Shown here piece after piece: positions 21,464 to 32,036 of a DNA stretch of 64,000 nt; position 1 is the first letter of the stretch, and every line of letters begins with the position of its first letter. The DNA comes from a virus (taxonomy: Duplodnaviria > Caudoviricetes): positions 3,574-67,573 of IMG/VR virus record IMGVR_UViG_3300030330_002422; one strand, written 5' to 3'. The notes under the pieces are model-generated. The model did no database searches and was not told the DNA's origin. It saw only the letters and a list, made by a program, of their open reading frames with translations. Both the position numbers and the translations under genes were made by a program.

Positions 21464-22927
21464 CTAGTTCATCAACATAAAGTTGTTAGCACCTTGTACA
21501 ACTAAACATCTTTCAGATAAGTAGTGTACCTCCATTGCATCTAGATCAGATGTTGTTGCTCCAACAGAACCAGTCGTCCAAGTTTTGAAACGTCTGTCAT
21601 CAGTTTGAGAAGCTCTAAATCTAGTGTGTAAGAATGGTCTCTTTAAGTTTTGACCTAAAGTTTGGTCATAAACCGAAGAAACACCAGCAGGAATAATAAC
21701 TCCTCTGATAGCACCAACAGTGTTCTTTTCGTTGATAATACCTCTAGTAGCTAAATCATTTAAGTATTTCCAGTCAGACTTGTAGAAGTCATAAGAACCT
21801 CTTCTGAAACCAGAGAAACCTAAATTCAACGCCATATCTTCGTCGTTATCAAAAACTCCGTAAGAAGTACCACCAGCACCGTAAGAATTCATAGAAGCTA
21901 ACATGTCATCAATAGCTAAAGCAGTTGATCTGTTAACAAACATCATGTTTTCTTCAATAGCACCGTTTTTATCAAACTCAGCTAAGATTAAGTCAAACTC
22001 AGCTAAATCAGTAGCAGCGTTAACACCAGTTACACCAGTAGTTTCGTTACCTCTAGCTTCAATAGCAGCGAATAAACCTTCAGTACCAGTAATAGCACCA
22101 GAAGTACCACCATGAGATAAAGCAGCTAAGTCAGATAGACCGTCACCAGTTGCTTTTTCAGACTCAATCATTGCCATTTCTAAATAATCAGTAAATCTAG
22201 CTCTAGTGTCACCTTCAGCTTTTAAGTACCATAAGTAACCTGATTGACCTTCTTCACCAGCAACTTCAACCCAACCAATTTGAGAAGCGTCAGATCCAGA
22301 GATCTCATACTTGTCTTTAATGATGATTGGCTTGTTGTTGTACTGCTTGAATCTTGGCTTGTTAGCTCCGTCTCTACCAGTAGCACCTTTAGAGTACTCA
22401 GATCCAAAAACTAAACATTTAACATCTGTAGCATTTGCGATACCAGCAGCTGTCATAGTTGCAGCTCCATAAGGCTGAATACTAACAGCACCAGTTGTTC
22501 CGTCAACAGCAGATGCATAAGCTTTAACAGTTTTATCAGCATCAGCTAATAATAACATATCTCCAGCTCTAATACCGTGATCACCAGTTGAGTAAACATC
22601 AGTAGTTGCAGCTGTTCCATCAGCATCTTTTTTAACCTCTAAAGTAATACCGTTAGTACCTTTTATTTCTACCTCGTAAGATAGGTGTAATCTTGATTGC
22701 TCAGACCAAATAACTTGATCAGCAGTCATAGACTCTTCAGCACCTACTTGTGCTAAAAATCCTGAGATAGTTCTTGTTCCGAACACCTCAGCTTCTTGCT
22801 CCATTAAATCTGGAACGTATTGTTGTGCCCAACCTGCCGTGTTACTATCTGTAAAGTCAATGTAAGCTGTAGCTAACGTTTGCTTCATAGCAGCTGGAGT
22901 TGGCACGTAATTACTTGTAATTGCCAT
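21464..22927 (-). CDS. major capsid protein
   Basis: 487 aa after portal and scaffold, followed by a strong terminator; motifs NKPIIIKDKYEISGSDASQIGWVEV and GFSGFRRGSYDFYKSDWKYLND recall phi14:2/crAss-like capsid proteins. Confidence 0.8.
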   Translation of the reverse strand: MAITSNYVPTPAAMKQTLATAYIDFTDSNTAGWAQQYVPDLMEQEAEVFGTRTISGFLAQVGAEESMTADQVIWSEQSRLHLSYEVEIKGTNGITLEVKKDADGTAATTDVYSTGDHGIRAGDMLLLADADKTVKAYASAVDGTTGAVSIQPYGAATMTAAGIANATDVKCLVFGSEYSKGATGRDGANKPRFKQYNNKPIIIKDKYEISGSDASQIGWVEVAGEEGQSGYLWYLKAEGDTRARFTDYLEMAMIESEKATGDGLSDLAALSHGGTSGAITGTEGLFAAIEARGNETTGVTGVNAATDLAEFDLILAEFDKNGAIEENMMFVNRSTALAIDDMLASMNSYGAGGTSYGVFDNDEDMALNLGFSGFRRGSYDFYKSDWKYLNDLATRGIINEKNTVGAIRGVIIPAGVSSVYDQTLGQNLKRPFLHTRFRASQTDDRRFKTWTTGSVGATTSDLDAMEVHYLSERCLVVQGANNFMLMN

Positions 22928-22949
22928 TTTCTAAAATTTTTTAAATTAA

Positions 22950-24080
22950 CTATTTCTTTCTACTTTTAATTTTGAATTTGTAGTCAGAAGAAGTGTTACC
23001 CAAAACTTTGTATCTAGTACCAGCAGCTTTAACCTCTCTGTGCTGTTGTCTTGAGTTCATATTAATGTTTTTAGATTTAGACATGCTGTCTTTAATAGCA
23101 TCTGCTTTACCCTGTTCATAAAAATGCTGAGCAATAGCGTCTGCATTCATTGCTGTATAAAGACCTTTGTGATAACCAACAGCGTCTTCCATTAAACCAT
23201 CTTCATTCAGAAACTTTCTGATATAGTTGTTAACGTCTGCTTGTGTATCTCTAACAGTGTCTACGTCTTTAACATTATACCTAAACCTTTTGTCTCCAAT
23301 TTGATATTCAAAACCTTTGAAATCTTGGTTAAAAAGATTGTCAGTTTTGCTTAGGAAATGCTCAACTTCTTTTTCATTGTTGGCAGTCCATTGCTTCTCC
23401 TGTTCAACGTATTCGTTATAAAAATTTACAGCTTGCTCCACTTCTTCAGACATCTCTGCTTCTCGACCTGGTAGCTGTATATTATTATAATAATCGGACT
23501 TTAGCCCGTCCAAATAGGCTTTAGCCTCGGCAACTTGCTCTTTGTAGGCTATTTTTTTTCTTCTAATCTCTACGTCACTATCTTCATCTTCATTGATACC
23601 AAACTCTTGCTCAATTAAAAAGTTCATATCTTCTCTACTAAGATGGTTTTTAGTCATAGAGTAGTATTCTTCTAACGCTTGTCTGTCGTCCATGTTAGAG
23701 TAGTCTTTGTTTAGACTTACAAAATCTTCTAAACTACCACCAGTCTCTTCCATAAACTCAACAAGCTTAGCTATATGCTCAGGAACATTTCCGTAATCCT
23801 CTTCGTAATCATCATCTTCATACTCGTCGTCCTCATACTCTTGCTGCTCCTGTTCTTGCTCTTCTTGTTTATCTATACCCATTACCTCTTCAACAGTAGG
23901 TAATTTTTTCTCTTCTTTAGCTTCTTCTGTTTCATCTACAGGTGAACTAATGTCAACCTTATAAACTGAATCATCATCAGCACTATCGAATTTACTTAAA
24001 TCAATATCGTTATTAACGTTTTGATCTTCATTGTTTGAAGTTATTTCTTCAACAATATTCTCTTTGTTTTCTTCTTGCAT
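22950..24080 (-). CDS. capsid scaffolding/assembly protein
   Basis: 376 aa, very acidic coiled-coil, between portal and capsid genes. Confidence 0.6.
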   Translation of the reverse strand: MQEENKENIVEEITSNNEDQNVNNDIDLSKFDSADDDSVYKVDISSPVDETEEAKEEKKLPTVEEVMGIDKQEEQEQEQQEYEDDEYEDDDYEEDYGNVPEHIAKLVEFMEETGGSLEDFVSLNKDYSNMDDRQALEEYYSMTKNHLSREDMNFLIEQEFGINEDEDSDVEIRRKKIAYKEQVAEAKAYLDGLKSDYYNNIQLPGREAEMSEEVEQAVNFYNEYVEQEKQWTANNEKEVEHFLSKTDNLFNQDFKGFEYQIGDKRFRYNVKDVDTVRDTQADVNNYIRKFLNEDGLMEDAVGYHKGLYTAMNADAIAQHFYEQGKADAIKDSMSKSKNINMNSRQQHREVKAAGTRYKVLGNTSSDYKFKIKSRKK

Positions 24081-24104
24081 AATATAAAATATAAAAATTA
24101 GTTA

Positions 24105-26507
24105 TTAAAATTGGTTTAAACCAAATCCACCTCCAATTATATCATTACCTGATGACTCAAAGTTTTTAGGTGGCTTACCTGTTTTTCTTTGTTCTATCAT
24201 TTCTGATTGTTGAGTGGCTTGTATCTTTGTTCTTTCGTCTTTTCTATCTTCTTTCATCTTGTCTTTATCCTTGGCAACGCTATTGTTTACTTGAGCTAAC
24301 TGCATGTTATAGTTAAACTCAAGCTCCATTAATTGCTTCTTAGCCTCTACCTCAGCCATCATTCTAGCTTTTTCAAACTCAGACTTAGCTTGCTCTAACT
24401 GTATCTTTTGTTGTGTTATAGCGCTTTGTTTTTGCATTTCAGATTGAGCAGCAACTTGAGCGGCTTGCGCGTTTGACTGTGACTGTGCTTGGATATTTCT
24501 CTCTTGATCTTCTTGATCTCTTTGTCTTTTCTTTGTTCTACGTATTTTTAAAAGTTGATTAGCTAGTTTTAAGTTTCTAACTTCTCTAATCTCAATAGCA
24601 TCTTCAAGCTCTATGCTTTGTTGCGCTAAAGCTGTTTGTATATTAGATTCTAATATCTGTCTTTCTTCTTCGTCTGGCATTAACTCTATAAATATACCAA
24701 AATCTCTAGTGTGCAAACTATACATTTCCTCTAACGTTCCGACGTTATGAGCACCTATTGATTGTATAAAAGCATCTTTAGTTGGAGAGTACTCTACAAC
24801 GTCAGAAACCCTTAGCATTATTTGCTCTGCAACTTCAGCTGTTAAAAACAAACTAGAGTCCAGTATATGTCTTGTGGCTACATTAGAGTTTGCAGCTGCT
24901 ATTTTTTGTATACCAACCAAAGCGTCTTTATCTGGCATACTACCGTCTCTAGCCTCGTTTAAACCGGTTACATCCCTTATCATTTGTAGGTAGTAATTGT
25001 AATTACCTATTAAAGCTTGTATCTTGTTACCGCCAGATCCAGACGTTAATTCTTGAATAGGTATTTTGCCAGCGTTCATATCACCTTCAGAAGTATATGA
25101 TCTACCTATAACACTACCCGTTTGGAAGAACATGTTTAAAGCTTCTTGAGGACTATAGCTAGTTCCATTACCTAGATCAACTTCCGCTAAACCGTCAGCA
25201 TCTAAATAAACACCATCAGGAACCATACGTGATAAAACTTGTTGTAGTTTTAAATGTGTCAACTGTATCATATCAGCAAAAGTAGTAACCCTGCTAACTA
25301 AACTCTCTATTCTACCGTTGTACATACGTGGCGCAACAATAGAATAATTCATTTTAACTTTTGTGTGGTCGTTTTTAGGTCTAAGCATATTAGGTGCTAA
25401 CTCCCATTTAAGCATTAAGTCTGTTCCTAATATTTTCACACCTTCATATAGACACTCTATTTTTCTAGACTCAACATCCATGTACTCCAACATTTCCGCA
25501 GGTGGATTAAACGTGTCGTCTTTCATTATAGCTTTTAAACCTCCAGTAGCAGTTTCTTTCATTTTAAAAACCTCGCTCATATACGTCTTATAGTTAAAAT
25601 ACAAAACTTGAACTGTGTTTTCGTCTTCGTCCTCTCTGTTAAACCTGTTGTTATAAGAAGACTGGTGTGATTTTTTATTTTCAAGTATTTTCTCTATTTC
25701 AGACTGTAGCATGTTAGGAAACTCTTTTACAAGCTCGTTTATAGGTAAAGTCTTCACCTCACCAACATAATAAACGTCTTCAAAGTAAGGAGACTCAGTA
25801 TGTGAATAAACTATATTAGCTGGATCTACATATTGAACTCTTATACCGCTAGCAACGTCAAAAGTTGTTTTAACACAACCTATACCTAAAACAGTTAGGT
25901 CATAATATACTTGTTTTTGTATTAAATCGTATCTATTGTTTTCTAACGTTAAATTTATGGCTTGCTCTTCTGCCATTTCAACAGCTTGTTTATAGGTAAG
26001 CTGCATGTGAAGTCTTAACTCTTCATTTGTTTCTGGTAACTGAGGCTCATCACTTCTTCTTAAATCTATACCAAAAACAGTTGCCGCTCTTTGGTTAAAC
26101 TGATTATTTGTCATATCTGAAACGATATTTTCCATATACTCAGTTCTTTCTTTCAAACTGTGCGGGTCTTGAGAAAAAGCCTTTATATCATAAGTTCTTT
26201 GAGCCATACCATTTACAACTATATCTACAAACTTAGGTATAATTGGCACCGGCTTCCAGTCTAGGTTTAAATAAGACAGATCACCATTGATGGATAATTC
26301 ATCTTTATATTTTTGAACTGACTGTTCGCCTCTAGCGTACAGCCTTAGTTTATGAAAGTTGTTTAAGGTAGTAAGGTGTTTGTTTTTATTTCGATCATTA
26401 TTAAACCACTCACTCTCTATAGCTTTAGCAACTTTCAAGCCATAGTCAATTGATTCTTTTTCAAAATCATTAACTGCTTGGCTAGGAAAATAACTTTTTA
26501 AACCCAT
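24105..26507 (-). CDS. portal protein
   Basis: 800 aa immediately after terminase; LSYLNLDWKPVPIIPKFVDIVVNG motif and C-terminal Gln-rich coiled coil. Confidence 0.85.
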   Translation of the reverse strand: MGLKSYFPSQAVNDFEKESIDYGLKVAKAIESEWFNNDRNKNKHLTTLNNFHKLRLYARGEQSVQKYKDELSINGDLSYLNLDWKPVPIIPKFVDIVVNGMAQRTYDIKAFSQDPHSLKERTEYMENIVSDMTNNQFNQRAATVFGIDLRRSDEPQLPETNEELRLHMQLTYKQAVEMAEEQAINLTLENNRYDLIQKQVYYDLTVLGIGCVKTTFDVASGIRVQYVDPANIVYSHTESPYFEDVYYVGEVKTLPINELVKEFPNMLQSEIEKILENKKSHQSSYNNRFNREDEDENTVQVLYFNYKTYMSEVFKMKETATGGLKAIMKDDTFNPPAEMLEYMDVESRKIECLYEGVKILGTDLMLKWELAPNMLRPKNDHTKVKMNYSIVAPRMYNGRIESLVSRVTTFADMIQLTHLKLQQVLSRMVPDGVYLDADGLAEVDLGNGTSYSPQEALNMFFQTGSVIGRSYTSEGDMNAGKIPIQELTSGSGGNKIQALIGNYNYYLQMIRDVTGLNEARDGSMPDKDALVGIQKIAAANSNVATRHILDSSLFLTAEVAEQIMLRVSDVVEYSPTKDAFIQSIGAHNVGTLEEMYSLHTRDFGIFIELMPDEEERQILESNIQTALAQQSIELEDAIEIREVRNLKLANQLLKIRRTKKRQRDQEDQERNIQAQSQSNAQAAQVAAQSEMQKQSAITQQKIQLEQAKSEFEKARMMAEVEAKKQLMELEFNYNMQLAQVNNSVAKDKDKMKEDRKDERTKIQATQQSEMIEQRKTGKPPKNFESSGNDIIGGGFGLNQF

Positions 26508-26509
26508 AT

Positions 26510-28726
26510 TTATTTTATTAGTTTAGATAAACTTCCGTTGTTAGAATATCTAGCAATTTTTAAATTCACTTTTGGTCTTTCGACCTTCGCGTTTGGCGTA
26601 TATAAGTGTCTGTTACAAGCCATTATAGCTAAACCAGAACTTATAGCCGCGTCAAACTTTGTTCTTTTAGTTATGTCAAACTTAGCCCAATCATTTAAAG
26701 TTTCATTAAAATATATATTTCCGTATTGACCATCTCCAGTTATACCAACATGGTTTTGAATATACATCTCAATTGCCGCTGCGTGAGCTTGTTTAATATC
26801 TTCGCTTGAGTTTGGTATACCACCTATTTCTTTTTCAGCTGTAGATAGTTTATTCCAAACTTTATCTGGTCTATTCATACTATAACCTCTATAACCTCTT
26901 CTTCTCAAATAGTATAGTAATCTTGGTTTGTTGTTTTCTGCTAAAAGCGGCATGCCATAAAATACTAACGACATCAACACATCTTCAAAAAACATCTCAG
27001 CGGTTTGTGGTCTAGCTATATATTCTAAAAAAAATGTATTAGCAGGAGCATCTTCCATGCTAAACTTAGTTAAACCGTGTAAAGCTCCATTAGATCCTCG
27101 GCCGTCTACTGTTCCTGATATATCGTAACTATCACAACCAAAAGCTCCAACGTGTTCATTACCTGGGTAACGTACTCCATTTTTTATTACTACTCTATTT
27201 TGTAGGTTTGCTGGTGGAGCCCAACTTATTTTAAACCTACCTTTTGGGTCTGGATAAAAAATAACTCTTGAATCTTTTATTCCGTTTTCCCATTGAAAAT
27301 TACCTTGAGTTATACCTAGTGTTCTAGACATTTCATCATTGTAATCTATTTGCTCGTATATTTTTACTAAATTAAATATACTATTTTTTGTTTCGTCTCT
27401 AAACGCGTGTTCTTCAGTTCTTGGAAACTGTCGATAAAATTCGTTTAAAGCGTCTTGATCGTCTTTTAACCCATCAACCTCGTTTTGCCAGTGGTCTACA
27501 ACTCCTACATCTATTAATTCACCGTCTGGTCCATAACATCTTCCTCTTGGAGTGTTAAATACTGGCTGTCCAAACTGGTCAATAAAACCTTCATAGTTCC
27601 ATTCCATTGGGATAAACAAAGAATATAAACCAGACTTTGTTTGACCATTTCTATTTCTTTCGTTAACATTGCTATCGGTGTATAATTTTTTAAAATTATC
27701 ACCACCCTTATCTAAAGCGTTTGATGTTGATCCCATCATACACTTACCAACAATTCTAGCTCCTAACCTTAAACAGGTTTTTGTTACCCGCCAGTTGTTT
27801 AAAATATTATCAGGTCTTTCCCATTTACCACTTTCGTCGTGTACTAGTAGATTTAGCTTTTCACCATCATAACTATTATCACCTGTATTTTTCCAGTCTA
27901 TCGTCGTGTCAAGACCTTCAATCTCTTCAAGCCCGTCTGTAGCAGCCATTTTCTTCCTTGTAAACTTACTTGCAGGAACTCTGTAGGCCAGTTCGGATTT
28001 TGGGCGATCCATACCATCTTGGATAGGCTTGAAGAAAAACGGATAATTAATAGAGATAGGTACAACCTTATCTGTAAACATTTTTTTAGCATCAGCACCG
28101 GTTTTTGATAATATTCCATATCTACTATCACTCGATATTGTAGCTAAGTTAACCGTTTCAGCACTACTCATAAAAGAAAAACCACTACGTCTGTTTTTTA
28201 AATAACACATACCGTAACATCTTTTATCAGCTTTACAAGCTTCCCAAAATATAAAAAACAATCTATTGGCTTCTCTATAGTTAGGAGCACCAACATCAAT
28301 TTTGCTCCACTGTAGATACATATAATGAGTTCCAGTTATATAAGTAGGTATGTTGTTGTTGTTAAACCAAAAACCTTCTTCTCTACGCTTAAACTCCTCG
28401 TCTATGTAATCGTACCATTGTTCTTTTTGCTCCTCAGGATAATTTCTCCAGTCAAATATATTTTTTAACCTACTTAACTCCTTAGGATATTCTATTCTTT
28501 GCCACTTTTTTAGTTTGTTTTTATACAGTTGCACTGGCAGCATTGGCAAAGCAATCCGCAAACCTTGGATCTCAAGTATCTCCCCAATTGTGCCATTTTT
28601 TGATATAATGATAATATCATAGTCTTTATTGTACCCATATTTCCATTTTTTAGATTTGTTAAGTCGATTTATTACGTTCGTCCTAACAGGATTAATTATT
28701 TTATATAAACTTTGTTCGTAACTCAT
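26510..28726 (-). CDS. terL: terminase large subunit
   Basis: Walker A-like KNRRSGFS, Walker B LLVHDESGK, GSTSN motif, nuclease GCDSYD and final D in KFDAAIS. Confidence 0.9.
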   Translation of the reverse strand: MSYEQSLYKIINPVRTNVINRLNKSKKWKYGYNKDYDIIIISKNGTIGEILEIQGLRIALPMLPVQLYKNKLKKWQRIEYPKELSRLKNIFDWRNYPEEQKEQWYDYIDEEFKRREEGFWFNNNNIPTYITGTHYMYLQWSKIDVGAPNYREANRLFFIFWEACKADKRCYGMCYLKNRRSGFSFMSSAETVNLATISSDSRYGILSKTGADAKKMFTDKVVPISINYPFFFKPIQDGMDRPKSELAYRVPASKFTRKKMAATDGLEEIEGLDTTIDWKNTGDNSYDGEKLNLLVHDESGKWERPDNILNNWRVTKTCLRLGARIVGKCMMGSTSNALDKGGDNFKKLYTDSNVNERNRNGQTKSGLYSLFIPMEWNYEGFIDQFGQPVFNTPRGRCYGPDGELIDVGVVDHWQNEVDGLKDDQDALNEFYRQFPRTEEHAFRDETKNSIFNLVKIYEQIDYNDEMSRTLGITQGNFQWENGIKDSRVIFYPDPKGRFKISWAPPANLQNRVVIKNGVRYPGNEHVGAFGCDSYDISGTVDGRGSNGALHGLTKFSMEDAPANTFFLEYIARPQTAEMFFEDVLMSLVFYGMPLLAENNKPRLLYYLRRRGYRGYSMNRPDKVWNKLSTAEKEIGGIPNSSEDIKQAHAAAIEMYIQNHVGITGDGQYGNIYFNETLNDWAKFDITKRTKFDAAISSGLAIMACNRHLYTPNAKVERPKVNLKIARYSNNGSLSKLIK

Positions 28727-29001
28727 TTCGATCTGCCTTCCGCGAATCCTTTAAATACGCGTTCTTTTTTCTCTTCTTGTGTCTTTCCTTCCAAAATATT
28801 CTCTTCTTCTTGTATACGGTTGAGTATTTCAAATGCATCAAATATAGCTAGCTTTTTAGTAGCTGCGGCATTTTTCAGTCTATCAGCAGAAACGTCGTCT
28901 TCAGTGTTAGTAATAATTTTTTCTTTAGCAACGTTAATTAACTCCTCAACAGCTTTGTGCCCAGCTTGGATTATAAGTTTCTTCGTTTCCTTGATGTTCA
29001 T
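28723..29001 (-). CDS. putative terminase small subunit
   Basis: 92 aa helical ORF overlapping the terL start; assignment is positional only. Confidence 0.4.
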   Translation of the reverse strand: MNIKETKKLIIQAGHKAVEELINVAKEKIITNTEDDVSADRLKNAAATKKLAIFDAFEILNRIQEEENILEGKTQEEKKERVFKGFAEGRSK

Positions 29002-29539
29002 ATTTAATTGTAATTGCTTGTGATAAAACTCTATATAATTTTTGATTATCTATAATAAACTCGTACTCTGAACCAGGTCTAAAACCTACTAAATCACCAA
29101 CCTCAACAGTGTTATCAGAATAAACAACAACACCTTGCAATGGTTTTTCTTTGTCCATATCAAACATATCTTTGTTTAATATAGGTTTTACAAAGCAATA
29201 ACCTTTTGGACAAGACCAGTTCTTGTTACGTTTATATAAAAATATTTGATCTGAGTTTATTATGTAGGTGTTTTCGTCGAAATAATTCTTACTGTTTTTC
29301 TCTAAACCTTTTATATTATGCCATCTTCTAAAAACGTTGTGATGAACAACAACCTCATCACCTGGTTTTATACCTAGATCGTCACCTATTATAGGGCAAG
29401 AAACAATAGTCGCTAACCTGTTAACAAACTGATGATTAAATATTTCAGTATTTAATATAAGTTCTTTGTCACCTATTGATTTTTTATTGTTGTATCTTTT
29501 ACCAATAGGTTTTATAACAAAGCTGTATACACTTCTCAT
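28946..29539 (-). CDS. GroES-like protein with two tandem Cpn10-like domains
   Basis: Domain 1 FVIKP..ELIL..ATIVS..IKPGDEVVV; domain 2 YCFVKPI..QGVVVY..VEVGDLVGF..EYEFIIDNQKLYRV. Confidence 0.55.
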   Translation of the reverse strand: MRSVYSFVIKPIGKRYNNKKSIGDKELILNTEIFNHQFVNRLATIVSCPIIGDDLGIKPGDEVVVHHNVFRRWHNIKGLEKNSKNYFDENTYIINSDQIFLYKRNKNWSCPKGYCFVKPILNKDMFDMDKEKPLQGVVVYSDNTVEVGDLVGFRPGSEYEFIIDNQKLYRVLSQAITIKYEHQGNEETYNPSWAQSC

Positions 29540-29760
29540 TAATATTCTAAATTATATTCTACTGATATAGCCATGTTTTTATTAAAGTCCTTCCATGGTA
29601 ACACATCTTTGTTTTTTCTTATATATATAGAATACTTTTCATCTTCTTCTATAATATCACAAATAGTGTGACCACCATATACTTCTTGACCAACAGAATA
29701 ATGCATGGCATCTATTTTATAATCTTTACCTATAGTTATCTTACGAATCAGCTTGCTCAT
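29539..29760 (-). CDS. hypothetical protein
   Basis: 73 aa, translationally coupled (TAATG) to the next gene. Confidence 0.6.
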   Translation of the reverse strand: MSKLIRKITIGKDYKIDAMHYSVGQEVYGGHTICDIIEEDEKYSIYIRKNKDVLPWKDFNKNMAISVEYNLEY

Positions 29761-30016
29761 CTGTGTACTTTATAGATCCGTCAGTAACATCAATATCAAA
29801 TGTACCGTACTCTTTTTCAAACTCTTTTTGAAGTTCTAAAAGTTGAGCTTGGTTTTCACCCATTTGATGCATCATGTTATGTTTTTTAGTTTCCATAACA
29901 CCTATTTGATGTTGCACCATGTTAATATCGCTAACTACTTTTTGTAGTTTTGTTAATTGTTCTTTTGTGATTTTTTCAGCCTTTGGCTTTAAATCTACCA
30001 TTACTTCTTTTGACAT
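29741..30016 (-). CDS. hypothetical coiled-coil protein
   Basis: 91 aa heptad-rich ORF. Confidence 0.55.
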   Translation of the reverse strand: MSKEVMVDLKPKAEKITKEQLTKLQKVVSDINMVQHQIGVMETKKHNMMHQMGENQAQLLELQKEFEKEYGTFDIDVTDGSIKYTDEQADS

Positions 30017-30040
30017 AATTTAATATAATAATTGTTAATA

Positions 30041-30439
30041 TTAGTAACCGTAATAAACGATTACACCGTGTGTGTAGTTTGAACCTTGTAAAGATACTTC
30101 AGTCCATCTACCATAAATTGTTAAACCTTTTGGAAAACTAACAGTATTAGCAACAGCAACACTTGTAGTAGCGTTATAGCCACCAGCTTCTCCGTCACCG
30201 CCATTAGCAGCAACTTGAGATCCACTTCCAAAAAAAGCAGTTCCATCATCAACACTAGAGGTTCCAGCACCAACAAATGTAGTGTCAGCTACAAGTTTGT
30301 CAAACAGTACATCTTCAAGCATTGTTATAGCTATTATAACTTTTCCTTTTGGTGCAAATAAATCTGTAGCTACAGCCTTTAAATGACCACTACCCATTTG
30401 GCCAAAGCCATACGAGGTTTCTTGTGAGTTTATTCCCAT
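30041..30439 (-). CDS. small structural protein (paralog of 30451-30780)
   Basis: Shared pattern GQ.G..L....F.P..GKVI.AI...F..L...FP.G..IYGR(W/F)...L...VY.G. Confidence 0.55.
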   Translation of the reverse strand: MGINSQETSYGFGQMGSGHLKAVATDLFAPKGKVIIAITMLEDVLFDKLVADTTFVGAGTSSVDDGTAFFGSGSQVAANGGDGEAGGYNATTSVAVANTVSFPKGLTIYGRWTEVSLQGSNYTHGVIVYYGY

Positions 30440-30450
30440 GATATTTTATT

Positions 30451-30780
30451 TTACTCTTCTCCGAAATATACAAACGCAGAGCCATCAGCTAAAGTGCAAG
30501 CTGAAAACCTACCATATATCCATTGTCCAGCTGGAAATTCGTCTGAATTTACAATAGCTTGAGCGTTAGTCCCGTTGCCAGCGGCTGAAGCTGTCACACT
30601 TGTTCCAGGATAATAATTACCAACATCGTTTGTTGGTGTTAGCGCCGTGAAACTAGTGTTAGCAGCTACTACGTTAATTGCAACTATTACTTTTCCTGTT
30701 GGTGGTGTAAAAGCATCTGTAGTGTCTAAGTAAGCCCCACCAGCTTGACCTATATCTATTTGCGACATATTGTGTGCCAT
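30451..30780 (-). CDS. small structural protein (paralog of 30041-30439)
   Basis: Same pattern as the neighbouring gene; tandem duplication. Confidence 0.55.
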   Translation of the reverse strand: MAHNMSQIDIGQAGGAYLDTTDAFTPPTGKVIVAINVVAANTSFTALTPTNDVGNYYPGTSVTASAAGNGTNAQAIVNSDEFPAGQWIYGRFSACTLADGSAFVYFGEE

Positions 30781-30784
30781 AATT

Positions 30785-31171
30785 TTATTTTTTTACTTTT
30801 TCTAGTGAACGTCCTCCAAAATAAGCACCGATCACAGTGATTAATACTAATTGTAAAAGATCTACCCAAGAAGCTTTAACTTCAAAAGATATAACTCCAG
30901 CGTCTATAAATATCAACAACACTGTTGACACACATAAGAATATTAAAACTAATGGTCTTATGTTTTTAGACAACCAAGAATCAGACTGCATATCAACCTT
31001 CCATCTTTCGGTTACTTGCTTTTGCATTTCAGCTTCGTAACCCATTATCATATCTTTTATTTTCTTTTCAGCTTCAAGCTTTTCTTCTTTAGAAGTGTGG
31101 AGATTGTCTATAACACTCCCCACACCTTTAACTAGTTCTGCAGCTCCGCCACCAAATATTTTATCTAACAT
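30785..31171 (-). CDS. holin (3TM/GTA-type)
   Basis: ERWKVDMQSDSWLSKNIRP followed by two hydrophobic helices and GAYFGGRSLEK, typical of the 3TM holin family. Confidence 0.75.
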   Translation of the reverse strand: MLDKIFGGGAAELVKGVGSVIDNLHTSKEEKLEAEKKIKDMIMGYEAEMQKQVTERWKVDMQSDSWLSKNIRPLVLIFLCVSTVLLIFIDAGVISFEVKASWVDLLQLVLITVIGAYFGGRSLEKVKK

Positions 31172-31181
31172 AATTTATTTT

Positions 31182-32033
31182 TTAAACTAATCTATCTCTA
31201 TTAGCTGTACGTCTACGCCTTGTAGGTCTTTTTATATTTTTACCTAAAACCTGAGTTCTGTTTCTACCTCTTTTTTTAACACTAGCATCTTGCTCCATGT
31301 TAGCAAAAGTGTTTTTACTCCAGTCTCTAGTAGATCTTTTAGCATACTCTGGAGCAGCTGGTTTTGGAGGTGGAGGTGGTTTTACAATTAAAGGTTTTTT
31401 AACTGGAGCTTTAGGTCTTTTACCTTTTAAAACGCTACTAACAGCTTTACCTAAACCACCTACTACTCCACCAGCAACTTTACCTACTCCTTTAGTTACT
31501 TTACCAGCAGTTTTTAAAACGCCTGATACTAAACCTTTTTTACCAAGAACACCTTTAGTTACTCCTTTAACCACTTTGCCAGCTCCTTTGAATATACCAC
31601 TTATAGCGCCAAACAACCCTCTTTTTCTTCTTCTTTTCTTTTTACCAACGGTTGTTGATTTCATGTTCTTCATCTGCTTTGCTAAAGGAGACCCTGCAAC
31701 CGAAGCTGTTACACTACCAACCTTACCAGCTGTTTTTAAAGCGCCACCAGCAACCTTGCTACCAGTCTTAGCAACAGTCCCAACAGCTTTACCAACGCCT
31801 TTTGCAATACCACCTATAGCTCTACTTATTGAACCGAATAAACCTCTTCTTCTTTTTCTTTTCTTTTTAGGAGCAGCTTTAGATAATTTTTTTGATTGAG
31901 ATACTTTACTAGCAACATCTTTTTTAGCTACAGCGGTATTTATACCACCAACAACTGGCTTGTTAGCTGCTATGGCTCTTGAAGCTCTTGCTTTAGCTCT
32001 AGCTTGCTTTTTACGTCTTCTTCTTCCTCCCAT
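31182..32033 (-). CDS. highly basic Lys/Arg/Gly-rich protein with amphipathic repeats
   Basis: 283 aa; two copies of KKKR(K/R)R(R/K)R-GLFG(S/A)IS followed by G/K/V amphipathic repeats. Confidence 0.6.
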   Translation of the reverse strand: MGGRRRRKKQARAKARASRAIAANKPVVGGINTAVAKKDVASKVSQSKKLSKAAPKKKRKRRRGLFGSISRAIGGIAKGVGKAVGTVAKTGSKVAGGALKTAGKVGSVTASVAGSPLAKQMKNMKSTTVGKKKRRRKRGLFGAISGIFKGAGKVVKGVTKGVLGKKGLVSGVLKTAGKVTKGVGKVAGGVVGGLGKAVSSVLKGKRPKAPVKKPLIVKPPPPPKPAAPEYAKRSTRDWSKNTFANMEQDASVKKRGRNRTQVLGKNIKRPTRRRRTANRDRLV

Positions 32034-32036
32034 ATT

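Noticed and set aside
31297-31899. 200-aa + strand ORF and other antisense ORFs in the track (e.g. 624-821, 16832-17191, 34426-34749, 47354-47668, 57769-58155)
   Set aside because: They lie antisense or out of frame within well-supported genes, have no recognisable motifs, and reflect the codon bias of the real gene.
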